Shown one piece after another: positions 43,905 through 56,518 of a stretch of DNA of 64,000 nt. Every line of letters starts with the position of its first letter. The first letter of the stretch is position 1. A program made the position numbers and the translations under genes. The stretch is from assembly GCF_009914755.1 (NCBI RefSeq), contig NC_060939.1; one strand, 5' to 3'. The notes beneath the pieces are model-generated. The model made no database searches and was not told the DNA's origin. It worked only from the letters and a program-made list of their open reading frames with translations. Origin of the DNA: the human T2T-CHM13v2.0 reference genome, Homo sapiens.

Positions 43905-46546
43905 GAGTTTCTGGAGAACTGAACACATAGAGGTTCCCAGAGAGTGGCATGCCCATGGAGGGCATGGAAGCTCTGAATCCCTTCCGTCAGACCTAGCTTA
44001 TGCACCCTTTCATCTGTGTCTTTTTAATATCCTTTATAATAAATCAGTAAACATAAATTGACATTTGGGTGACCAAGATGGGACCTGAAGCAGGCTTCCT
44101 TTGACTTCTGCTGCTTCTCTGACAGCTGGCACCCTGGTACAGGCATGGGCTGTTTTTGTCCAGCTGAACCTGTTGAAGGTTGCAGTAGCCTTTGTAAACT
44201 TTCAGGAGGCAAAGGGGACACTTTCCCTTGGACCATGTAGTTTTGGCACTGTGAGTAGGACACCAAAGCCATTCTGCTTGAAGCTGCAGTGAAGGGAACT
44301 CAGAACCTGACAAGTCAGCAAAAGGAAATTCATAGAAAGAATATTGACAAGTACTTGTGAACACAGATTTCTCATAACTTTCAAGATAATACCATTGGAA
44401 TAGGTAAAAACTTTCAGGACTTCAGTTAAAAAGCTGATGTGGGCCTGGTGTGTGGCTCATGCCAGTAATCCTAGCACTTTGGGAGACTAAGGCTGGTGGA
44501 TCACTTGAGCCCAGGAGTTCAAGACAGCTTGGGCAACATGGCAAAACCCTGTCTCTACTAAAAGTAGAAAAATTAGACAAGCATGGTGTCCCATGCCTGT
44601 AGTCCCAGCTACTTGGGAGGCTGAGGTGGGAGAATTACATGAGCCCAGGAGGTGGAGATTGAGCTGAGGTGAGCTGAGATTCCGCCATTGTACTCCAACC
44701 TGGACCACAGAGCGAGACTCTGTCTCAAAATCATAATAATAATAATAATAATAATAATAGTAATAAGAAAAAGTTGATGTGCTTATGAGGATTGCTAACC
44801 CAACATCAAGCAGAACAAAAGTTAATTACATGGGACTGAACTGATAGAAGACTGAAATGCTTTTTATGACTTTTTTGGTTGAAACATTACTGATTCTTTT
44901 TATATTTTGTTTTCAGAGCCAAATACTTTTTTTTCTTTTTGAGGTATTTATAGCTTATAGCAATTGGGTAAAGTAGAGTTTTGTGAGCAAAATTAAAACA
45001 TTTGCCTTTCTCTTGACCTGATTTCTCCAAAATTTGGGAATTATTTGAGTGTTCTTATTTTATGGCAATATAGATATTTTCATAAGTTCAATAAGAATCT
45101 GTTTTCCCTGACATAATGACTGGAATGACACATTTTTGGATATGACCAAACTGCTTTGAGGGAATGAAATTGACTTTATAAGACCAATAGACTTGGAGAA
45201 AGACTGGCCTGGTACATTATCTACATGGTTCTCTTACAAGATTCCTGACCTTACAGTAAGAAAAGAATATCACATTCTGACAGGCCCAGGAACCTCAAGA
45301 TAATTAGGGACCTTGAGAAGACAGGAATTCACTCAATTTGTATAAGTATTACAGGCAAAGTCTAATGGTGAATTCATGGCTTGTCTTCCCAGCCTCAAGA
45401 GGCTTTGAAAGTCTAATCTGAAATTTGTTATGAAAAAGCTCCAGCAAAGCCAACTTACAAAGCTGTCTTTAGGGCTAATCACTATTCTTGTTGCATTTTG
45501 TACAAATTAGCAGGTCAAATGTCATATGGAAACTTATTTTACAAGTAAATTGGTCCTACTAAGATTTCCCTTTGGTAAAAAAATGGGGAACTAGAGAAAG
45601 AAAAACTGTTTCACAGGAAATTATATACATTTCTTATTAGATTCTAGCCCTGACCACTGTTTCTGAGTTTTTATTATTTTCCTACAATTTGGACTAAACT
45701 CTGAATTATTTCTTGGTTACAACAAATCTCTAAAGAAGAACCTGGATTTAATTTTCTTCATGATGTTTTCAGTTGGCTTCCTAATGAAACTCGTCTTTTT
45801 GTTTTTTTCATTCTTTCATACAAATTCTCTTTTTTGCTTATAATCCTTATATATTACTTCTTCCAAGAAAACTAAAATGATGGCATTTCCAAATACTACA
45901 GATGATTCAACAGGTGATAAATCAATGATCTGACTGAGGTCTCATTCTTTGCCACTCTGTGATGCCATCCTAATTTTACTTTTGAATGCTCTTAAAATAA
46001 AAATTCCTCACTGAGACTTCTCCTCCTTCCCTCCTCAGTGTGAGACAGGACTATCAGAAGTGAGCTTTCTGACACTCAGATTTTGATCAGTTATTTCAAA
46101 AATAAAGATTTTGCTCAAAAGGGGGAAATGAGAAATAAATCTTTAAATTATTAGGCTCAGAAAAGCATTTAAATTGTAATAGCAGTCAAGTCTCACTCCC
46201 CCTTGAGTGAAATAATTACCTCTTGAAGTCGCCTGCTATGTAGGCTTTAGACTAACTGACAGCAAGTAGCCATACAATGCCATACACACTATCGTTGAAC
46301 AATGGATAGACAATTGGTTAATACCAATGTCATTTTGTAAACCAATGAGAATTGCTGATGAATAACTTTGGTAATCACCAACTCTCCTGATTCATCCTTT
46401 GTTTTCTTTAAAAACTTGAGTCTCTCGTTTGTTCTCTGGAGCACTCCCCAAGACAACTTGGAAGCACGTCCTGGGTTACAGTGCTAAATCTTTGTGCTTG
46501 AATAAACTCTCTTTAAACTAAAACACAAAGCAAAACGAAACAACAA
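43905..46546 (+). mobile_element. Retroposed spliced ERV transcript: MER21A-type 5' exon + MER4-group leader and internal sequence + 3' LTR cut at its poly(A) site
   Basis: MER21A piece 43905-44056; LTR end attgaca 44057-44063; PBS tgggtgaccaagatgggac 44066-44084; PPT aaaagggggaaa 46117-46128; LTR from TG 46129; AATAAA 46501; A-rich tail 46520-46546. Confidence 0.7.
44442..44767 (+). mobile_element. AluJ-type with (AAT)n tail
   Basis: TSD aaaaagctgatgtg/aaaaagttgatgtg. Confidence 0.9.
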
Positions 46547-46701
46547 TGATCTTTTATATGGTTTTCTTTGGTTTCAATTTAATTTTTTTCTGCTCTAATG
46601 TTTATTATTTTTTCCTTCTAATTATTTTGCATTGGCTTTGTTCTTGCTTTTCTAGTTCCTTGAGGTGTGTCATTGGGTTATTTGAAGTCTTTCTACCTTT
46701 T

Positions 46702-47198
46702 TTTTTTACCTGTAAAATAAGTTTATCGGTGGTAACATGATATAATTTACTCCTGATATCTGATGTTACAAACTTTAGGGTCCTTGAGATATGCAGCATC
46801 CTTGGATGTAACTGGCAGAAACCCCATTATTTGAGCTCTCTTAATTGCTTTTGTGATTTCTTTCTGTTTCTTCCCACAAAGACCTGTTTTGTGCCTTCCA
46901 CAAATGCATCCAACAAATGGAGAAATAAACTGGGACGCTGTACATTCTTAAAATCTACCTGCTTTCCACACAAGATACATTTCTTAAGGGCTTCTTTATA
47001 AGAATTTTCCATTGGAATGGGCAGGTCCTCATTGCTGGATATCTGTTTATATTGTGAACAACCTCTTCTCCATAGCACCATATGAGTCCTGGGATGTGTA
47101 AGGCTAACAGCAGCCATTACAAGGTGTGTCAACTTCTTCCTCCCCAGACCACTGCAAAGAGCAACTATAGTGGCCATGGTTCCACATTCCTCCACTGG
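46702..47198 (-). pseudogene. MRPS18C: MRPS18C (mitochondrial ribosomal protein S18C) processed pseudogene; former CDS 47177-46747
   Basis: [42 protein letters not shown]...EDLPIPMEN...[16 protein letters not shown], frameshift, then ...[38 protein letters not shown]; intronless; poly(A) remnant; TSD ttctacctttt at 46691 and 47199. Confidence 0.95.
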
Positions 47199-47312
47199 TT
47201 CTACCTTTTATGTAGGCATTTATTGCCGAGCTTCCCTCTTTGAGATGCTTTTGCTGTATCACATAGGTTTAGGTGAAATGAGTTTCTTGTAGATAGCATA
47301 TAGTTGGGTCTT

Positions 47313-47615
<303 letters not shown>

Positions 47616-50257
47616 ATGGGTCTTGTTTTTTATCCATTCAGTCATTCTTTGTCTTTTAACTGGATAATTTAATCCATTTATATTCAAGGTTATTATTGAT
47701 AGGTAAGGGTTTATTACCACCACTTTATTTGTTTTCTGGGTTTTTTTTAGACCTTTTCTTCTTTTTCCCTCTATTACTGTCTTCCTTCATGGTTAAGTGA
47801 TTTTTTCTAGTAGTATGTTTTGATTCTGTGCCACTTATTTTTAGTATATCTATTACAGGTTTTTGCTTTGTGTTTACCATGTGTACAAAAAACATCTTAT
47901 AGTTATAACAGGTTATTTTAAATTGATAATGACTTAATTTGACTGCAAAGAATAAAAGTAACAAAAATAAACTCTCCACTAATATGCCCCATCTTGACTT
48001 TTTCATGTTTCAATTTACATCTTTTTATATTGCCTATCTTTTAACCAATTGTTGTAGTTACCATCATGTTTAATAGTTTTGTCTTCTGTCTTCATACTTA
48101 AGAAATAAGTGATTTACTTGCCCCAATTGCAGTATTAGGATATTCTGAATTTGTCTTTTTTTCTTTTATTAGTGAGTTTAATACCCTTAGATATTTTCTT
48201 GTTACATGTTAGCAACCATTTCTTTCAAATTGAAGAACTCCCTTGGGCATTTCTTGTAACACAGATTTGGTGATGATGAATTCCTTCTGCTTTTGTTTGT
48301 GTGGGAAAGTCTATCTTTCCTTAGTATCTGAAGAATAGCTATGCTAGGCACAGTATGCTCGGTTGGTAGTTTTTTCCTTTAGCACATCAAATACAGCATT
48401 CCACTCTGTCCTTGCCTGCAAGGTTTCTGCTGAGAAATCCACTGAAAGCTGTATTGGGTATCTCTTGCATTTGGTTTGTTTCTTTTATCTTGCTGCTTTA
48501 AACATTCTTTCTTTGTCTTTGATTTTTTTAAATTTGATTATAATGTGCCTTTGGGATTTCCTCTTTGGGCTGAATTTTATTGGTAACTTCTGAGCTTCTT
48601 GTACCTGGATGGTGTCATTTTTTTTTCAGATTTGGGAAAATTTTATCCATTATTTATTTAAGTATGCTTTCTAGGCCTTTTCTCTTTTGTCTCCTTTGGG
48701 AATGTCTATTATGTGGAAATTAGTTCACTTGATGGTGCCCCACAATTCTTGTAGGCCCTGTTCACTCTTTTTTTAAATTCTTTTTTCTCTTTACTCTTCT
48801 AATTGGGTAATTGGGGTTATCTGGGCTTCATAAAACTGGATGTCTATTTCCCTTCCCAGATGTGGGAAGTTTTCAACCATTATTTCCTTAAATAAGTTTT
48901 CTACCACTTTCTCTTCCTCTTCTCTTTGTAGAAATCCCATAAAGCATATATTGGTATGTTTGATGATGTTCATAAGTTCCCTAAGTTCTCTTTACTTTTA
49001 AAAAATTATTTCTGTTTTTTTTTTGTTCCTCTGACTGGATAATTTCAAACGATCTCTCTTTGTGCACACAGATGCCTCTTCTTCTACCTGATCAAGTCTG
49101 CTGTTGAAGTTTCCTCTGAAATTTTTCAGTTCGGTCATTGTGTCCTTCAGCTCCAAAATTTATTTTCTTTTATCATCTCTATGTCTTTGTTGAAGTTCTC
49201 ATTTTGTTCATGTATTGTTTTCACGATATCATGTGGCTTTCTTTCTGTGTTCTTTAATAGTTCACTGAGATTATTTAAGACACTTATTTTGAATTCTTTT
49301 CCAGGCAGTTCTTAGGTCTCCATCTTTTAAAAGATCAGTTATCGGTTTTGTTGTGTTCTTTTGGCATCGTTGTATTTTCCTGATTCTTTGTGATCCTTAT
49401 GGCTTTGCACTGGTGCCTGTACTTTTGAAGAAGGAGTCATCTCTTTTAATCTTTACAGGCTGGCTTCAGCAGGGAAACCCCTTCCCCGTCAGGCTGGCCA
49501 GAGATTCTGAGTGGGCTGGCTGGTGGGATCCATAGGCTGGAAAACTGCTGGGGTCAGTGGGTAAGCAGGCTTGCTGCTGTGGTCCATGGGCAGGTGGCCT
49601 GCTGCTGTGCGCCACCAGCATGCCGTTGAGGTCTGCATGTTGGTTGTTGAGAGCCCTCATCTATTTCTGTTGTTCTTAGCAGCCCCCAGGCAATCTAGCC
49701 TTTCTGATTCACTCAGTGTTCTGGGTGAGGCATAACAGAAGTGAGCCTCTCAGGCAGTAAATCAAAAGGCTACAGAAGAGTCAGATGCTCACTGCATGCT
49801 CTCTTTCCCCCATGGGAGAACTTATGGGCCAAGGAGATCTGTCTTGGTGCTGCATTCTACTGGCCTAGAGGAGGCTTGGTGCTGGTAAAGTAAAAATATT
49901 CTTACCCTTTTCAATGTGTCTTTTCTCATTTCTGTGCCCCATCAAGGTGTTGAATACTCTTGCTTGGAGTCCAGAGCTCTCAGAAAAGTAATTTTATCTA
50001 TGGATGGTTATTAAATCAGTATTTCTGAGGGGAACAAGGGCTGGCACTTCCTATTCTGCCATCTTGCAGATGTCACTTCCAGAATTCTTTCTTAAGCAGA
50101 ATTTGCCCCCTTAATTTCCCTGGAGGGTTTCCCAACATAAACTATTGTGTTCAGAGACATTAGGAACATTTCTCCCAGTTCATAGCTTAGGTCCAAATAA
50201 CTTTTCCAGGCCTGCTTTTCTGCCAACCATTTCATGTTTCATGGAGCAGCCATAGGG

Positions 50258-50459
50258 CAGTGGTTTCTCACCTGGGGGTGACGGTATAGTGGTTTTAACT
50301 CCCGGGGGTCATTTGGCAATGTATGGAGACAGTTTTGGTTTCATGACTTGGGAGGGGATCTTACTAGCATTTAGTGGAAAGAGGCCAGGAAAGAGTGCTG
50401 CTAAACACACTACAATACACAGCCCAAAGTGTCAAACTTATTGAAGTTGAGAAGCCCTA
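50258..50459. mobile_element. MER20 (hAT-Charlie), followed by a MIR tail to ~50555
   Basis: cagtggtttctcacctggggg...catttggcaatgtatggagacagttttgg...gttgagaagccct. Confidence 0.8.
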
Positions 50460-52754
50460 CCCTATGAGTACAATTAGTAAATAATTAATACATATAAAGT
50501 ACTTAGAAAGTCTCTGGGGCAATAGTGAGTGCTCAATAAATGCCAGCTATTTATAGGGATGGTCTGAATGATATCCCATTGTTGTACCAAACTGCTTGTT
50601 GACATTCAGTTTCATATTTAACTGTGAACTGCATAGAAGCATGTGACCCTCATGTGAGCATCAGCCTCCCTTCACTAACATAGTCCTTTGTGCGTATGAA
50701 TCACTCCTACATGAGAATGGAGCAGTAGAAAGAAAGGGCCAATCCCCTGATTGAAGATGAACATCCTTATCTCTGAAATTCTAAGGCAGAGTTAGAAGAA
50801 AAGAGGTTGGAGTGCATTTCTGATTAACTTTGTAAATTTTAAAATTCCTACAGTTAAGTGAATTTGAATTTGGTAACAGAAAAAGTATAAAATTACTCTA
50901 TTTCATAAAAGAAACAGAAATGATCTTTTGTCTTTTTCATGTATAAATTTGGCTGTGACCCACAGAAGTATGAAGATATGGTTTCCACACCAATGTTAGG
51001 CCTTCTCAAGGAGCTTAGAGTGTGTCGGTGGAGAGGGAGAAGCCCAACGGGAGATCTTATTCCACCTCTGCACGTCTTCAGGACCCCTGTGGAAACATGT
51101 GATCTCTAACAGTCTCTCTGGGGCTCTGCCCACCCCCAGCAGTGTCACCTCACATCACCGCACAATAAGAACTTTCTCATCATGAACATAGCTTTCTCTG
51201 GAGAAGCTGGGAAGTGCTTAACTATGCCAGAAGCTGGACAATTCAGGTAGAAGTGTAAATGTTGGCCTAACCTTCAAAGGACAGAAATAGCTTTCTTTGA
51301 AAGTTCTCAAAGGTGTTTCAGAACTCTGGAAAATTTTAAATCTTAAAATAACACTACAATTGTCCATTTGTCTTGGGGATGCCTGTGCGGAGTGAGAGTG
51401 AATCCCTAAATTTGACTTTCCGTCTCTCCTCCACTGCAGGATGTGGTTGGGCTTTTTCGTCCTTGGGCTGCCAAAACTGAAAAGCACCTTGCTCCACTCC
51501 AGAGGAATGTGTTCAGTGTCCTTTATAGAACCCACTTGTTTCCTGGCCTGGAAGGGGGATTGTCCCGGTGCACAGCCGGGCTGTCACATGTGTGACGTGT
51601 TAGCTGTCCCCCTCCCAAACATTAGCAAAGCATAGTACTGCGAAAGCAAATGTGGCTCCCAGGGCACCGCTCACAGGCTGTCACCAAAGCTTATGATCCC
51701 CGAGCTGACTGGGAATGGGGAATGTCAGGGAATACACAGTCTCCGCCCCCTTCTCCTTCAACTCTCACCCTTGGGCACATCACTCACGTCTCCTAAATCA
51801 TCCCATGGTTTAGGAGTCAGGCAGTGATACACATGCTCTGAGCAGATTCTCAGGTGCTCTTAAAAGCTGCCAATGCTAATATTGCCCTGGAAAACAATGA
51901 TGAGTATTTTAGAGCGACCCACTCACTGGGTGAATGCATTGAGTCAGCCCATCCCCCTGCCTTCACTGACTGCACTGCGGTGGGGTGGGTGGTGGTGTCT
52001 GTCCCTCTCTCTCTGCCTTCACTCCTAACTGACAGCTCCTGCCACCCTGATGCTCAGGTTTCATCATCCCATATACTCTGGGTCTTGTTCCGACTCTACA
52101 AAGAAAAGGTGCCACGAGGACTGTGACAGAGTATGACTATAATTCGGTAGAGGTCTCATCTCAACTCCTTGTTTTACATACCATGTGTTAACTGAGGCCA
52201 CATGGAGAGGGTAATGTGAAGTGTTACCTGAAGGACGGTGGCAGAGCTCTGTGCACTGGCTGCCCCGAGGGGGCAGAAAGGAAGGGAGGGAGGGAGGAAA
52301 ACAGTAGGGAAGAAGGAAGCCACTCTCTGCCCGCCCCCTGCCCCATCTCAGGCCCTAGCCCTCTGCCAGGAGCGTCTCCTGAGGCTGAAAGTGCCCCCTC
52401 CCGCTCTCAGACTCTGCGCTGCCATCTGCCTTGCTTCTCTCGGTACCACTTCCCCTGCTCTCTTTTGAATCGGATTCTCTCCTTCAAACTCCAGCTGATC
52501 CAGCCCGCACATGCCAGGCCCGTATGTAGATTCGTCTGTTGCCACCGTCCTCCAAGCCCTAGGGAGGGGTTGAGCTCCGTGGAAGGCCTCTGATGGGAGG
52601 GACACGACTCGGAGGCTGAGCAGCACAGGACACCGTGGTAAACTGGGATTCTTCTTTGCCTTTCTCAGGGAGGCAAAAGGTGCAGAGGCCTGCAGTGTGC
52701 TGTGAGCGACAGTGCCAGCTAGTGGCGCACGACTTACATCGCTAGCTACAGGGT

Positions 52755-53072
52755 TTCTTTTCTTTTTCTTTCTTTCTTTTTTTTTTTTTTTTTTTTTTTT
52801 TTTGAGGCAGTCTCACTTTGTCGCCCAGTGGCACAATCTCAGCTCACTGCAACCTCTGCTGCCCAGGTTCAAGCAATTCTCATCGGTCAGGCTCCCGAGT
52901 AGCTGGAATTACAGGCATGCTCCACCACACCCAGCTAATTTTTGTGTTTTTAGTAGAGAAGGGGTTTCACCATATTGGCCAGGTTGGTCTTGAACTCCTG
53001 ACCTCAAGTGATCCGCCTGCCTCGGCCTCCGAAAGTGTTGGGATTACAGGCGTGAGCCACTGTACCCGGCCC
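52755..53072 (-). mobile_element. AluSx-type with short deletion
   Basis: tgtcgcccag joins tggcacaatc; TSD cagggtttctt/cagcgtttctt. Confidence 0.9.
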
Positions 53073-53178
53073 AGCGTTTCTTGACAACAGGGAATTGGGA
53101 GGATGCAGTCAGGCCTGGCCTTTAGTGGGTTGTAGAACTCCCTCTAGGGGTAAATGCTCAATAAAAATGGCTTAGCCT

Positions 53179-53496
<318 letters not shown>

Positions 53497-53876
53497 GCCT
53501 TAGCCTGAAGAACACTGCCTTGCTTTCCATTTGGATTCTTTTCCTGTAGTTTGAATAAAGACGTAAGTTTTATAAAAATGTCTAGCCTTATTTTATGCAT
53601 GTGCCCTGAGAAAGGTCTTAGACTCATTTACTGAAAGATGAAAGCAGCTATGTTTCTGAAATGAAGTCACTCTTCAATCACTTACTGCCTAGCAGGCAGC
53701 CACTGCCAAGTCCATTTTCCTGTTTTTATTGGAAAAAATATCATATCCCTTCCTTTAAATTTGTTTTTGATTCAAAAAAAATGGTTCTGAGATGTTAGAA
53801 CATGCATGCTATGTGTCAAAATCTAATATTCACCAAAATCTAATAGTCATCAAACACTAGAAGCATTTAAGAAGAG

Positions 53877-54178
53877 GGCCGGGCATGGTGGCTCATGCCT
53901 GTAATCCTGGCACTTTGGGAGGCTGAGGCGGGTGGATTTCCTGACCTCAGGAGTTCGAGACCACCCAGGGCAACAGGGTGAAACCCTGTCTCTACTAAAA
54001 ATACAAAAAAATTAACCAGGTGTGATGCCGTGTGCCTGTAGTCCCAACTACTTGAGAGGCTGAGGCAGGAGAATCGCTTGAGCCCCAGTGGCAAAGGTTG
54101 GAGTGAGCCAAGATCATGCCACTGCACTCCAGCTTGGGCCACAGAGTGAGACTCTGTCTCAAAAAAAAAAAAAGAAAA

Positions 54179-54229
<51 letters not shown>

Positions 54230-54296
54230 GAAGGAAGGAAGGAAGGAAGGAAGGAAGGAAGGAAGGAAGGAAGGAAGAAAGAAAGAAAGAAAGAAA
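53877..54296 (+). mobile_element. AluS with compound (GAAA)n(GGAA)n(GAAA)n tail
   Basis: Alu 53877-54170 then a tetranucleotide array to 54296. Confidence 0.9.
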
Positions 54297-55056
54297 GGCT
54301 AAGTGCTGATTGGCTGCATGGAGGTGAATGGGCTTCCTTGCGATTAATGAGGCACAGCAGAAATGGAAGACGGGGAGGGCTTGAGGATGCTGTCCCAGGA
54401 CAGTCCAAGGGACACAGCAGGGGAAAGAGATGTCCGGGCAGCAAGAGACGGAGAGCAAAGCTTGGGCCCTGACAGCATGGACCTACTTCTTTGAATCCCA
54501 GAAGGCAAAGTGCATACCCAGCCTACTGTGAGCTCATCCTCATCCCTGCCACTCAATTCACAGTTCTAAGAGTTGATACAGAAAATTAATTATATTTCAT
54601 ATATTCAATAGGTTAGACACAAACATTTCCTAATTAACTTTATTTCTAATAACATTACACCCCCTGCCAAAGCAATATTCTTATCTGAGGCCAGAGTTTG
54701 CAGTGGGAAGATGTAGAAAAGGAGAATGGGATCTATCCTGGTCTGGGAATTCTGTAAGAGTCTAGGAAGGCAGATGGAGCATGTGATAGCCTGATGACAC
54801 GACAATTTGTCACAGACTCCTGAAGAAACCGCTAGCATTCTAAATGCGCAACTCATGGGCGTCATGATTTCATTTCTCTTAAAACCTGTGACTTTCCTGC
54901 GAACAATTTCTTTTCATAAGAATAAACTTGACATCCTCCACGTACGAATAATAGAAAGTTCTGTGCTGGTGTGAGAAGCACTCATGGAGGCCTCTGTCCC
55001 ACACTGTGGTCTGAGAGAGCTTTCAAGTAAGACACATTTTAAGCCAGCAGCTTAGA

Positions 55057-55082
55057 TTGATAGGTAGATAGATAAGTAGATG

Positions 55083-55125
<43 letters not shown>

Positions 55126-55146
55126 TATAGATAGATAGATAGATAT
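55057..55146. repeat. (GATA)n tetranucleotide STR
   Basis: Read directly. Confidence 0.92.
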
Positions 55147-55354
55147 AGTAACTGATTTCAGTAGGGAAGAATTATCATTTGGCCAGTTAAGGATAAAATG
55201 TCTTACTACATAAGGTTGGACTTTTATCCTTCTTATCCCCAAAAAACATATCCTGATTTTCCCCAGTTCTGCCTGTATTTGATATATAACAGGATTACAG
55301 TACCAAGATGTATATATTTAATCAAGTGAACTTTTGCTTGGCTGTGAGGCCCTC

Positions 55355-55753
55355 TGCTACAGTTTGAATGTGTCCCCTGCAAAATTCAGGTGTGGAAACT
55401 TAATGGCCAATGTGATAGTATTAAGAGGAGGGACTTTTGCAGGTGATTAGACCACGAGGGCTCTTTCTTCTTGAGTGGGATCAGACCCTCATAAAAGGGG
55501 CCTCACAGAGCATTCAGCTGGCTTGCCCTTTTGCCTCCCACCATGTGGTGACACAACCTTCCTTTCCTTTGGAGGACGCAGCAACAGGCACCATCTTGGA
55601 AGCGGAGACCTGGGCCCTCGCCAGGCACCGAACCTGCTGGTGCTTGGATCTTGGACTTCCCAGCCTGCAGAACTGTGAAAGAATAAATTTCTGTTCTTTA
55701 TGAATTACCCAGTCTGCAGTATTTTGTTACAGCTGCACACACAGACTATGACA
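55355..55753 (+). mobile_element. MST-type (MSTB-D) MaLR solo LTR
   Basis: tgctacagtttgaatgtgtcccc...cttggacttcccagcctgcagaactgtgaaagaataaatttctg...gactatgaca; TSD ccctc/ccccc. Confidence 0.85.
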
Positions 55754-56129
55754 CCCCCAACATGGAAGGTGCAGGACCAGCTCCATAGGGCATCAGATGC
55801 TGTGACCCACTTGGAAGGAAGTTAGAGGACTGCACTGAAGTGTCTGAAGAGCAAGCTCCCCTTTGCACAACCTCACTTTCATGTTGGTTTGGGGTAGCAT
55901 GTGGGGGGCATTCCTTGGATGGAGATTTCACAGTTCTGTGTATGTCCTGCTTCACGCCACCTCTGATGAGCCCCTGGTGGAAACAAGAAACACTCCCCAG
56001 AAGGGAAGAGAGATCTTGATTCTAGGCCCATCATATCCTAAGGGAGGACTCCTTGAAGAATTCTTTTAAAAAAATATTTTTTTTAAATTTTAGTAAAATA
56101 TACATAACATAAAGTTTACCATTTTAGCC

Positions 56130-56518
56130 TTTTTTGGTTTCTTTTGAGACAAGATTTTGCTTCCTCCCAGGCTGCCGCGGTGTGGTGTGATCACAGCTCA
56201 CTGCAGCCTAAGAACTCCCAGGTTCAAGCTATCCTCCCACCTCAGCCTCCCCAGTAGCTGGAACTGTAGGCACACGCCACCATGCCCAGTTAATTTTTAA
56301 ATTTTTGTAGAGATGATAGCAATCCACTTGGAAGGAAGTTAGAGGACTGTGCTGAGGTGTCTGAAGAGCAAGCGCACCTTCACACAACCTCACTTTCATG
56401 TTGGTTTGGGGTAGGTTGTGGAGGGTATTCCTTGGATGGAGATTTCATGGTTTCTGTTGCTGGGTTGCTTTCAAACTCCTAGCCTCAAGTGATCCTCCCA
56501 CCTCAGCCTTCCAAAGCA
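56130..56518 (-). mobile_element. AluJ carrying a 124-bp non-Alu insert
   Basis: Alu breaks after gtagagatga (~56316) and resumes ~56455. Confidence 0.85.
56324..56447 (+). repeat. Direct copy of 55807-55930 (about 11 mismatches in 124 nt)
   Basis: ccacttggaaggaagttagaggactg...ccttggatggagatttca present at both positions. Confidence 0.95.

Noticed and set aside
46827-47195. 122-aa ORF as a functional MRPS18C
   Set aside because: Frameshift after KNVQ removes the C-terminal S18 domain; processed-pseudogene hallmarks are present
52712-52730. CTCF-like motif ccagctagtggcgc
   Set aside because: Two core mismatches; not supportable without ChIP data
53995-54472. Low-complexity KERK/FLSF ORFs
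   Set aside because: Translations of the tetranucleotide Alu tail
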